Shown: piece by piece, positions 52,142-64,000 of the stretch | Layout of the letters: each line of letters opens with the position of its first letter | Numbering within the stretch: the stretch's first letter is position 1 | Origin: Tubulanus polymorphus | Taxonomy: Eukaryota; Animalia; Nemertea | DNA length: 64,000 nt | Assembly: GCF_964204645.1 (NCBI RefSeq) | Contig: NC_134028.1 | Location: 26,346,345-26,410,344, forward strand | Direction of reading: 5' to 3' | The notes under the pieces: model-generated | What the model was told of the DNA's origin: nothing | Database searches by the model: none | Seen by the model: the letters and a program-made list of their open reading frames with translations, nothing else | Made by a program: the position numbers and the translations under genes

Positions 52142-53886
52142 CTTTGTAGATTCGCGGAGGGTTGATAAGGTTTTCGTGCTGCTCTAGCTAGAGTATATGA
52201 GAAGAAATGAATGACATTGAGTCAGGGAGGATGAGCTAGTTATACAAGAGGTGTAGATCAAATTGACATCTCTCTCTGTCTCTGTCTCGATCTCTACTGA
52301 TTAATCATACACACATCTCTATCTCCGTGATATTGTAAATTAAACCGGTAATATCCTGTCAATTGTATTATACACGACGATGCGTATTGACATACCTGCT
52401 GTCTATCTGTCTGTCTGTGTCTGTCTGATTCCTAAATGCATGTACAAATGATCTAACGAATGGACCCTAACGAATTCGATGTAATATACTCCTGGGGTGA
52501 ACACTGAATACTATTCGAACTTAAAGTCTGCCTAACATAATTTCTATGAAGCAGTTCTTCTGGCATTTATTTAAAAAGTTGACTTACTTTGCTTTAATAA
52601 TATCGTCGTCTCGACTCTTTCTATTATGCGTGTACAGTTCGAGTGAACTGTAGATGAAATACAAGTAATTCACAAAGCGTCTCGTACGATGAATGCAAGA
52701 AAAGATTTTTCTAAAGTTGTGAACTTGTTAACCATGTTGCTCGTCTGGAACCGTTAACCTCTGTGAAAAAGGTCGCTATACCTCTTCAAAAACAACTCCT
52801 CGCAGGGGGAATTTTTGTATGCTAACTACAGTTTCAAGTCAATGATGGCCATCTCGAACAGGTGTCCTTAGTAAGTAAATCGTCACGAGTCCTCTTTCCA
52901 GCAATAGCTAAACAAGAACAACCCACACATTAATTTAATAATGCCATCTTAGCTTTTTATTTACACGAAATCTTACCGTCTTCATACATAATAATTCACT
53001 ATTTACACAATGATGATGAATTACAGTTATCTAACAAAGTGAAGCTGTAGTTACCTCTTCGATCATATATCTGTTCAATTCGTAACAAAATCTTTAATAA
53101 ACAAAAAAACAAAAACCAAGTACACATAGCACCAGACCGCATAGTACAAAGATAATATCGATATCGATTCTTGAGTTTGTGACTTGTAAAAAACAGAAAA
53201 AATCTCAGTTAAATTTCCTCTCAAGATGTATTGCTCCAGTAGTTTTTTCGCAAGAAATTCTCAGTTTGCGCAGCGAAAAAAGTGCCAGATTTTCTTCATT
53301 CTTTGTGGCAACATTTGCCAGAACCATGTAGCAATTAATTACCAAACCCTCGCTCCCAGACACTGAATCAAATCACATCTACCAATAAAATAACAGGATC
53401 AATTCCTATTTTAAGATGTAATCAATCGATGTAATTGAGTCTTGCAACAGAAAACTGGATCTGAGCAATTCCAATTGTCTCTTTAAGAGACCTGTATGAA
53501 TATTTTGGCACTAATCATTTCAGAGGGTGAGGTAACAGAATGGAGCTGGAATCATTACATTTTTTCATTGGAAAAACCTCGATTTTTCAAATTTTCAAGA
53601 TATAAATATTCTTTACATAGATTATTGTGAGAAACAATGGAAAACTGTTGCCTTGGCTCTAAAAACAGTTCCTAGTTACTGAGATGACAAGTGAAGGCAT
53701 CGCAACTTATAGATTGAATTATCTGACTCAAATTCTAAACAATACGCCTAAATAAAATGGAACACAAATACATGTCATGCACAGGTACATTTTTTTTCAC
53801 TATTTTTCATGGAAATTCAAACTTATAGAGAATTTCACACATCCAATCTCAACTGAACAGAAACGTTTTGGGAAAATTGCGTCATG

Positions 53887-53926
<40 letters not shown>

Positions 53927-54979
53927 TACAAAAATCTGCAGTGAAACTATACAATATACCAGCGCACTTGAACCATTCAGCGCAAAATCAATATCGTAAA
54001 GACAGTGGCCTCGGATAAATCCACACATCTAGAAAACATCTCATAAATTATGAATTAATTTGCGTTATCGTCAATAGAATCTGAACTATCATCTATTAGA
54101 AGTTTCTTACAATGTCGGCTCCATCTTTTTTCCTTTAACCTAATATCGGTGTAGATTGAATATATTATTGTAAACACTTGTAGGTTTATCACAGTGAATG
54201 ATTAGTTATAAATACATGATATTATTATAATCAGTCATTAACATTGAAACAAAAGCACATGATAATTTATTCATCAATTCATTCGCGTTACGAAGGGATC
54301 ATTCTATAGCCTGGACCCTATCACCCCTTTAGCCTGGACCCTATCATCCCCTCAGCCTGGATCCTGCACCCCTCAGCCTGGATTGCTTACAAACAAGAGT
54401 CCAGGCTTCAGATTGATAACTGCATGAACTATAACACAACATTCAATTCTATTCATTCCAAGTTGTCAATCAGGTACTATTTCACTTATAAATCGAATAC
54501 GGCTAAAAACAATCGATACTTTGTTTCTCATTTCTGCTAAGCTTAAAAGTTGACCCGGCCGGCCACCTATTGTACCCTGTACATAACAAAACCATCATCA
54601 AGCTAACTATAACAGACTCGGCAGTTATAGAAATCAACTGATTATTTTAAATTTCATTGCAGTTTACAAAACTAGCTGATTACGAGAAACAAGGTATCAT
54701 TTTATTTCACCCTAAAAAGTGACTTTTTTTCCAGCGATGACGATTTTCAAAAATACGTAACAAAATGTCGTCTAAATTTCTTGAGTAGTTTTACATTCTT
54801 TCAAAGTTTAGCGTTCGAGCGGGGGTGAGAATTACTGCTGCACGCGGGCACGGAGGGTGGGTGCAAATATCTCAATAATACGATGTGTGCTCAATAAATA
54901 TACATGGAATGCTAATTCAGAAAGCGAACGTCGCGACATAGTCCGTTTATGATTACAAATACGACATATAGATGGCGTT

Positions 54980-57900
54980 TTAGAGCGCGAATAAAGCGTT
55001 GTCCGCGTCGTCTTTCTGTAATTTACGAGTAGAACGCGCTGGGCCTCGTGACAATGAGTCGTCATCCGTCGCTCTTTCCTCTAAAAACTGATCAAATTCA
55101 GCGCTAGTTACTGAATCTTCCGGTTTCGCCTGGAAGTAAAATAAAACATTGATAGCGGTTGATCACATTTTTTGTACAGCGCTTCAATTACATATTAATA
55201 GTGTACAGTTCCATAATTGTTAGTCGAATACAACTCTTATAGTTCATTCATTTTTAAGTCTAAACCCCAGAATAAAAATATCAACCCGGGATCCGTGGAA
55301 CTGGATGATGAACTCACCGCAGCTTCAGTATTCTCATTCACCCATTTTTGCATTTCATCCAATTCTTCTTCATTGTCCATCAACTGAAAATTAAATGCAT
55401 ACATAAAAACCATTGCAATAATGTTATACACATCGATACCTAATAAGCGTTATCTAAGGAGTTCTATGTGAGTTGATGTGCACTACGTCATCAATATTGG
55501 CGTTTCAAAATAAAAACTACATTTTTTACGTTCGTTGTGATTATACATATTTCATGACTCTCATTTTCTATCAACAAGCCTGATGATGGTTACAGGCTGT
55601 ATGATTCTGGATCCAGGACCTGGTTCCGCAGGTCCCCGTTTAGATTCGAAATGAGATAAAACCTCGTTAAATCAATAAACTGGACGTTAAACGACAACGA
55701 TTGAACCGGATTTTGAGTCTTCGGTTCTGTTTTCTAAGATAAAGCGTGCATAAAATTGAATGATGTTTTTGTGAAGCCCAGTTGAACTCGTGCAAGCTAC
55801 CGACACGTATAATCAGTATACTGGGGTTTTATATAGATATATACCTGAATAACAAATGCGTGCTAGATATAAACATACCGAGGTATAATTTCCCTCAAAA
55901 TCATACCCCCACTCCGAGTGAGTATATATGCTATTATAGACTTCTACCGCTATGTTAAATTGGAGATATAAAATGTTTGCGACTACGGTACCAGTAGATT
56001 AAGAAGCTAGCAATGGTGAACTGGCTGGTCTCGGTCAGAGCAAAGCTTCAACCTCACACTTACCCCAGCATCTAATAGATCGTTTGTCTTATTCAAATTG
56101 TTTAAAGGCTACAACATCATAGATATCAAAATAAACACCTCATTCAAAACTAATAGAACTGAATGAAAACTACTAGATGTCTACGCAGCAACCTTTTACA
56201 GGGTGGCCACTTATATTTGACTCTTTCCCTGACTAGATCTTCCAAGAATTCAATCAATTAACACAGTTAAATACGTACAACATAGACAGAAACCACCTGA
56301 TCTTAGGCCTGATTTAGCAATCTACACAAATTTCCCTGACTTTTTTTAAATAGTTTTTTAAAAATCAAAATTCCCTGACTATTCCATAACTGTTTTAGAG
56401 AAAAGAAAATTCCCCGACTTCATTGCTGATTTCCGGGTTAGTGGCCATACTGTAAGATTTTACTGAATTGAAATGAATGCAGTGACCTTTCATCTCGAGA
56501 TATATCGATTGAAACTTGAAATTGTGATCGACACAAGTGAGATACAATAGCAACCCCATTTCTATATTTACCGTACTCACTTTTAGATTATTATCGTCCA
56601 CGTTCATCTAAAAATTCAAACACCCCTATGAATTATCAATTAACACAGGAAAGCCTGTTTGCACAATTGAAACCAGTCTGAGCTAGTTTCAGTTCTATAA
56701 TGAATCTAACAACTTATGATCAGCTTTATGATTTAATATCCATTTATGGACTGCTGTCACGACTGTGCAGACTACCTGATATCTTTAACTTAAAAAAGAA
56801 AAGCACAGTTGTTTGAATTAATATTGTGAGTTTATCATAATGATAGTAAAAACTATTGTCAAATAGAAGTAAGTGGTGAGGTCTGCGCGTAGTTCAGTAT
56901 TTGATATGTGGTTCTACAAACACTTGCAGAAACTTACATTATTAGGACTGGTGATGTTTGATTTAGCTGTTACCGCAGCGCTCAAACCATGAAATTGTTT
57001 TTGTTGCTGATCGCTATAGGAAGCCGGGACGCTAGAATAAAATCATACGTAAAACAAAATAAACAAACAACGTTACGAAAATAAACGTCATGCAAAAAAT
57101 AAATACTGACAAAATATATTCACTTTTCGAGATATCGGTAAAACGACAATTTTTGAGGATTTTCTACGATACGTACTTGCTTTGTTTGCTTTGATCGAAG
57201 CTGGTTCTCGATTGAGCAAACATATCGAATTCATCGCTCTGCCCACCGGCCGTTGTTGCACTAGTAGAATTCATTTGTCCTAAAGTCGAACTGACGTTAC
57301 TGGTTCCGATATCTACCGAGAAAATAGAACAATTACAGAAAATCGGCAAAACCAGCAAGATTCTTCAGAGAAACTAATTATTATAAACATTGCGGTTGTA
57401 CCAGCGCGGAGACGAGACTAACCACTGCTGACTATAAGAATGATAGAGTAGATCCTTATTGATCACGAGATATAGAGTGAATACTTACTCATCCCAGCCA
57501 ACTGTGCACTAATACCCATCGGTTGATGTTCATTACTTTCTCCGAAATCAATCAGATTTGAATTATCCGTATTCACTGTCTAGAAATATACGTCAGCAAC
57601 GTTAATGATTAGATTATAATTAATGATTATTTGGCGAGAGAGGTAGAGAAAGAGTAAGAGGGAGGGGATGGGGGAGGGGAGATCGATGTAGAGTGATTGG
57701 AGGGAGAGAGGAAAGAGCGAGAGGGAGAAGAGGGGTGGGGAGAGTGGGAGAGATATGGAGAGATTGGAGGGAAAGGGGTAGTGACAGAGACAGGGAGAGC
57801 TAGAGAGGGAGAAAAGTAATAGGCAAGGTAGAGGGGGAAAGGAAGAAGAGATGGGAGAAAGATGGGGGGAGAAGGGTGGTGAGGTAAGAGTGTAGAGAGG

Positions 57901-60900
57901 CTGACGTAGAGAGAGGCGGCAAATCTTTACCTCATCATAACTAGGAGGCAGATTATTCGAAGTTGCTGTCGCGATCGTTGCGTCAGTTTCGGTTGGTTCT
58001 GCTGTTTGTTGTTGCGTTCCGGTTCGGTAACGTTCGAATCTCTCGTATCTAATAAACATATTGTTTAAATCGTCGTTGACTTGCAGCAGTTCTCCGATGA
58101 CTTCATCGTTTGAAATACGATCGAGTAATTCTACGATTCTCGACTGCATCTGACGACAAGTTCGATTCAACTCCTACAAATAAAGACAAACCCCTAATTA
58201 ACAACCGATTCAGCTTTACTCCGTATATACAAGATAAACAGAAATCTAGCTAACAGAAAAATCATCGATTTAGAACTGAGATTAGAATTTGAGGGACCAG
58301 TTTTTGGCTAACAGGATTTGAATTAATGAGGAAATACACCCCTTCAGTGCAGACTAATTTTTACCCTAAAGCACTGGAGATTTCCAACGCGAGCATTCTA
58401 TAACAAGCATACTGCTACAGTGCCTTGACACCGTGCTGCATACATTTCAACACGCAGATGCTGCCCTCATTCAACAGAGATAATAACTAATTAATTACTC
58501 ATCACATCGATACACTGCAATGTGGTGTATTTATGATGTTTTATCACCATTTATACATAGCACTGCGGTGCAGCCACCCTGAAACAACTGTGACAACTTA
58601 GGGCTGAGTTTCATTACTCAACCAGCTCTTGAAATGGATTCAAGTTCGGAGAGGGTAACTTTAATGGAGTTTTTGATATACAAAATCTTGCTAACACTGG
58701 TGCGATCGGGTCTCTTACTTGTAATAAATCTAAATCACTGGCATCCTCCTGTCCGGGAGTCATCTCATTCAACATCTCACTGAACACGCGTAGATTACCC
58801 TGCACAATGTCTAATTCACTGCGTAATTTCGACAACTGTTCGGGGGTCGGATTTACCGGACCGGAATCCTGTACGAGCGGAGCTTGAGGAACGTGATTCG
58901 GCTGAATAACAAAATATAATCATCACTGAACGATGAAAGAAGTGGTCAGAATTTCAGATTACGTAATTTTGATTTCTTGCCTACCGATGGCTGTTGCTGC
59001 TGTTGCTGAAGATGCTGTGGATGCTGTGACTGCTGCAGCACTCGCTGTGTTTCAGCCTCAGGAACGCTCTATAAATAAATCCGACGAAAAAACTAGATCA
59101 AAATATCAACCGACCAATCGGCAGTCGACACAGTAACGAACGAGATTCTTACCCTGGCAGGTGTGTGTATCGGAGCCATATGATCTAAATCCGTCATGGG
59201 GAAATCTATACCGTTATTCTTTAATTGTGAGTAAACTTTTTCGACTTCTTTTAAATCCGTTTGTCCACGGAACGCGTCGGCCCACGTCTATAAATATCGC
59301 ATTAAGTCAATTAAGTCTACCTTAAACAACTTTTGAACCCAAAATCAGAATGCGTCTCTCGTTAATTTTCTAAAACTTACTTGAATCAAGCTGAGTACTT
59401 TTTCTTGAACAATTTGCGGTGGATCGTTTTTTGGCCCGATGATTTTGACTAAATCTTGAAGGAAGTCCTTGTTCGCTACCTGCACGTGGAATCTCTTATT
59501 ACAATTTTTTACAGCTGTTTCTAAAACCTACAAAACAACGAAGGAAACTTGTCCTGAAATTACAATCAGATCTCGGGCCGGTTCCATGGTCATGGCTCAA
59601 ACTTAAGACCAGTCAAAGGCGATTTTAGTTCGAAGGCCAATTAAACAAATCAAGACCTGATCTAAAATCTAAGCTAGGCCTATGACCGTTTCTGCCCCCA
59701 GAATGAATTTTAAGGACCTATGTCTTAGCTGTGCAACCCAGTGTCAAAGAATGCAGACCTAAGCCAATAAAAAATTTGATAAGTTGATCATCTGATTAGC
59801 TCTGTTTGAGGTCTATGAAGATTTATAGAGAAAGTGTTGCTGTTGTTAATACTTACAATCAATGTATACATAACCGATTTATTATTTTTACCAATTGTTG
59901 TCGTCAAACGTTTTCTAATTGCACGAATTGCATCTTTCGGCCTGAAACACAGAAACAATATTTAAATCTTACCAGTAACAACAGCAGCAGCAGTAGCAGT
60001 TAATCACTATAAAATCCTTATTGATCGCGAAACAGAGAGCAGAGAGAATAGAAATGACTTCACCGAAGAGTTGAGTTAATTCTACTCAAATTATTCAGAA
60101 TAACTCCACCCAGATATATATTTCATAACTCAATACATGAAACCTTGAAGTTACCGATATTCCTCGCAGCACTATTAGACCTGCAGCACTAGACCAGATC
60201 AGAATTTTATCGTGCACAATCATTCGCTGCAGGTCTCAATTATAATAACAGTCGGTAACATAATAGTTCTAACGTTTATCTCCTAAGGCATTTTTAAACA
60301 CTTTTGGTTTTGCTGAGTATTTTCAGCGTTACAACAATCTAAGACGCCATCTATATGATTCAATAAATACTAGTAGGTCGATATAGGGCTCAGAGATATG
60401 TGCAGTCATGGATTCCACAAATACATGAATTCAAAATTCTCAAGTATTATTTCACATCATTTGACACATGTGATTTTTAAATTTTCCCAATTGAAAGGGG
60501 CCCTATGAAAAAATACAACAGGGATGTTAACATTTTAGTGGTGACTGGTTGATTAAAGTGATTTTCCAGAAAAATTGCTGAAGGAAGTTTTCCTCGACAA
60601 GCAGAGTAAAATACATTTCCCACATATTTCCCTGATTTATATAGGAAAATTCACAGCATCGTGATTAGCAATAATTGGACACTTTCTTTATTCTTCACCT
60701 CACTTTTTATAAATGGACCTTGAAGTAAAAGGTTAACACCAATTTCATTGCAGGGCACAGAAGTTCAAAATGAAGTTTTATTATTAGAAAGACAAAAATA
60801 CACGAATAAAAAGGAGGCCTATTTTCATAATATTTAGAGTAAGATATCTGGTCATTGCAATTATCAAACTTTGTTCTATCGTGATAAAGTTGTTTTATCA

Positions 60901-61074
60901 GTAAAATATTTCAACACAAATCTGATAGATATTTCTCAGTAAATGACACCAATGAAACAAGACATTTTACATCAAATAAACAACACACTAGGCTCAAGAA
61001 TAAATATTGGTATTCAAAGACTTATTCATTATTATTATGATTGATCATCAATCATAATAATAATAATAATAATG

Positions 61075-61108
<34 letters not shown>

Positions 61109-62253
61109 AAAAATCTTGAGATTATTTCTATTTCCAACAATGAATTGAAACAAACAATTGAAGCCCAATAAATTGTACATGTATTAAAACGGATTAAACC
61201 GAAATATTTCAAAATGCATTCTATCAAAAGAATACGCAATGTACATAAATACTACAATGCTAACATATATTTTTGCTGAAAAATAATTCAAATATAGTGA
61301 AGAGATTTTGTATCAAAGAGTACTAAGTTCATGGAAAGAGTAGTTTATGCTATGAGCTTATAGTTCACCTCGGATAAATGAGGTCTATTTTTAACATTGA
61401 AGCACCAACAACCAGGATCTGTTTAATAAACCAATCGTTCTTTTATCTTTATACTCTGAACTAATATCAAACAAACAGTCATAGTCACATATGACTAATC
61501 ATCATTAGACCAAATCTTCAATTATTTCTCCAAAAAGAATTTTTGTTAAAAAATGCCTAATTCAACTAATTCCTTTAGGATCTATTAATTACGGTCTTAG
61601 TCAGATTAGATAGAAGTGCATATCATGTGTAGGGCTAAAAGGAAGGGACCCGTTGTGCCGATATCAATTTCTGCAACATGCCCCTCTCCAGATTGAGATA
61701 ATAAGGTAACACTGTTAATGCACTATTTCAACTTCCTACTGTAATCTACTAAATCAAACATAATCAATGTTTATCAAGACTCTTTTCAAACCAGCGTCCT
61801 CATCATGCATGCAATTACTGAAGGAAGTGATCGGTCCAGATCTTCGCGATCTCAACAAACAACTGAAATGAAGAACTTACCCATCGTCACTTTCATTTAT
61901 GATGTCGCATATTTCCATATTCAGAGCCCAGTCTTCGCTAGCCAGGTTCCCTTCAGTGGCATGTTCTATGAATTGAAGAAAAAGAGCATTTCACTGCACT
62001 TTGCAAGATTGCAAAATCGCCAATCGGAAGTCTGACTCTGTCTCTGGCTGGGGCGAGAGAACTGTCAAAATTTGGCATATTTATTAGGCTAGATCGAATA
62101 ACAGCACGCCCATTCCTATGGAATTTGGCACCAAGATAAAACTCAACAATTAGCATCTTATGATACACAAATACAGAGTTTAAAGTAATCAGAAGTACCT
62201 ATTCTTTGGCCAACCGGGCTCGAAAACGGGTTAGACTGAAAAAACTGCGCCAT
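54980..62253 (-). CDS. TOM1L2: TOM1 family VHS-GAT endosomal adaptor (~517 aa)
   Basis: 13 phase-consistent exons: 62253-62199, 61965-61881, 59941-59857, 59527-59381, 59287-59153, 59068-58985, 58901-58719, 58173-57931, 57579-57489, 57312-57177, 57031-56938, 55383-55318, 55129-54980. [30 protein letters not shown] domain, [25 protein letters not shown]-terminal LFAL. TOM1 vs TOM1L2 is not resolvable. Confidence 0.95.
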
Positions 62254-62435
62254 TTTGTCCGTCATCTTCCTGGTCTTTGACTCCCGACGTTTAATCAGCG
62301 CCGGGAGGCAATGACGTAATTTTTACCGCAAAATTAATCGAATTTAATCACCGTAATCATACATTATTCTTATTCATTTATATTTTTTGAAGAAATTAAA
62401 ATCATGAATAAGATTTATGTGATCGTAGCTTTACC

Positions 62436-62468
62436 CGTTGCTATAGCAACGTTTACAAAATGGCGGCG
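62436..62468. promoter_or_regulatory. RFX X-box plus YY1-like motif in the TOM1L2/DRC3 divergent promoter
   Basis: Perfect palindrome CGTTGCTATAGCAACG (62436-62451) followed by AAAATGGCGGCG (62457-62468). Confidence 0.75.
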
Positions 62469-62981
62469 CCCATGTTTTAGAATTTAAGTCAATTTTTTGC
62501 ACCGTTTCATGGTTTTGTCATCGTTTAGTACATCGAGAATAGCAAGATTCAACTGGATTTGAAGTTTTTGTTGGATTTATCTCATCTTAGCCATTTCACA
62601 GACGCTCGGAACGGTAACTTTATTTACTAAAACAATAATTAATAATTTAGAAGACAGTTTTATATTTTTTCGAGGCTTAATTTCCTTTGGCTTTGCTTTG
62701 TAATTGTTGTCTGGTGGAGTCTGTGCGACTGTGTGTAAGTCTGGAAAATGGGAGAGAGAAATAAATGTTAGGCGCTAGTCTGTGTGTAACACAGGGGACC
62801 AATCCCCTCGGAGTCGGTTGGCTGACTAGTTGTCAAGATAAGATAAATTTCTATCAGAGATATAGGGCTATTGCCTTATTCATTTATCGTATCGCTGTTT
62901 TACTTGATTATCTATTTGCTGTTGCAGGTTAAATCGCTGTTAATTAAATAAAAATTGCTGTTAATCTGTTGCAGGTGAATA

Positions 62982-63905
62982 ATGAGTCGATTATACGATA
63001 CAGTTGAACCATCAGTTATTGATGAAGATATGCTACAGAAAGCAGTCGAAGAACAAGGTCCTAAAGATGAAGCTGGACGCATCGCTAAATCTGAAGGAAT
63101 CGATTTTACAGACGTCACTTCTTTGAGATTAGATTTCAAAAGTAAGCGTTAATATAAGTCAAATATATTTCAATAGTTTACAAAGCTATGACGGGCCAAA
63201 ATAATGTGTTAAACAGCCAGACCAGGCAGCCCGTGTTAAATAGACTGTGCTTGCCTCTTCTCACGGTACCAATAGATTCTCTGCTAAATTGTCTTGACCA
63301 AGATCAGCAGCGCATCCCTTAGAGGGGAATTCACAGTTGACAAAGTGTAGCTGTTTAAATTAGTTAGTTACCTAATCATTGGTGGTAAGCTTTTTATAAT
63401 CGGATGAGCTTATACCATTCATGTGGTTTGTGAAAATATCCGATCGTGAAACTAAAACAGTTAGGTTACTGACTACTGTTTAAATGTAACTGTAAAAATT
63501 TACTGATATTTCTCGTACTCAACGTATTCAATTTTTCAGATATCCTGAAGATTGATAATCTATGGTGTTTCACCAATCTGACTAAACTACAACTTGACAA
63601 CAATATCATTGAGAAAATTGAAGGACTTGATAAACTTGTCAATTTAGTTTGGTTAGGTAATTATCCTTTGACTAAAGTTTTGTTTTTTTTTCTCGATTTT
63701 TTAAATGTTCTTCATGTTTAATGGAATCTGTCGTTTAGATTTGTCGTTCAATAATATCGAATCACTGGAAGGATTTGATAAACTCACTCGTCTCGAGGAC
63801 CTGACGTTGTTCAATAACAGAATCAGCAAAGTTGAGAACCTCTCCGAATTAAAATGTCTTCAGATTCTATCGCTTGGCAACAACGAACTCAAAGAGTTGG
63901 AAAAT
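62982..63905 (+). CDS. DRC3: Dynein regulatory complex subunit 3 (LRRC48), 3'-partial
   Basis: Exons 62982-63141 (MSRLYDTVEPSVIDEDML...EQGP...LRLDFK), 63540-63656 (ILKIDNLW...LQLDNNIIEKIEGL), 63739-63905 (LDLSFNNIE...LSLGNN); matches the recalled DRC3 N-terminus. Confidence 0.93.
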
Positions 63906-64000
63906 GTAAGATATCTCTGCATTTGACCTGGCTATGAGGGGGGGGGGCAATTGCTCATAAGTTGGTTAGAGTTAACTGTGAATAAATACCATGTGGTAAT

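Overview
Intron-rich metazoan (invertebrate, probably lophotrochozoan) genomic DNA, not prokaryotic. Gene models reconstructed by hand from GT-AG junctions and reading phase: CNOT6/CCR4 deadenylase (minus strand, 9 coding exons 35225 to 1481, last exon outside the window); two intronless ZDHHC22-like palmitoyltransferase ORFs (+); MRPL1 (+); a small MS4A/CD20-like 4-TM protein (-); a retinochrome/RGR-type opsin (-); TOM1/TOM1L2 (-) head-to-head with DRC3/LRRC48 (+, runs off the right edge). The most notable observation is in the 22-kb intron between the CNOT6 LRR exons and the nuclease exons. A 1.77-kb orphan ORF there ends exactly at a phase-1 GTAAGT donor that is in frame with the nuclease exons. 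This predicts an LRR-less CCR4 deadenylase with a novel ~590-aa largely disordered N-terminus; a second, short alternative first exon has the same phase. Also present: two gene pairs that are neighbours in human too (CNOT6L-MRPL1, TOM1L2-DRC3), an RFX X-box, a degenerate 28S rDNA fragment, a decayed copy of the last MRPL1 exon, several MITEs with TSDs and many minisatellites. No database search was run; identities rest on recalled motifs.
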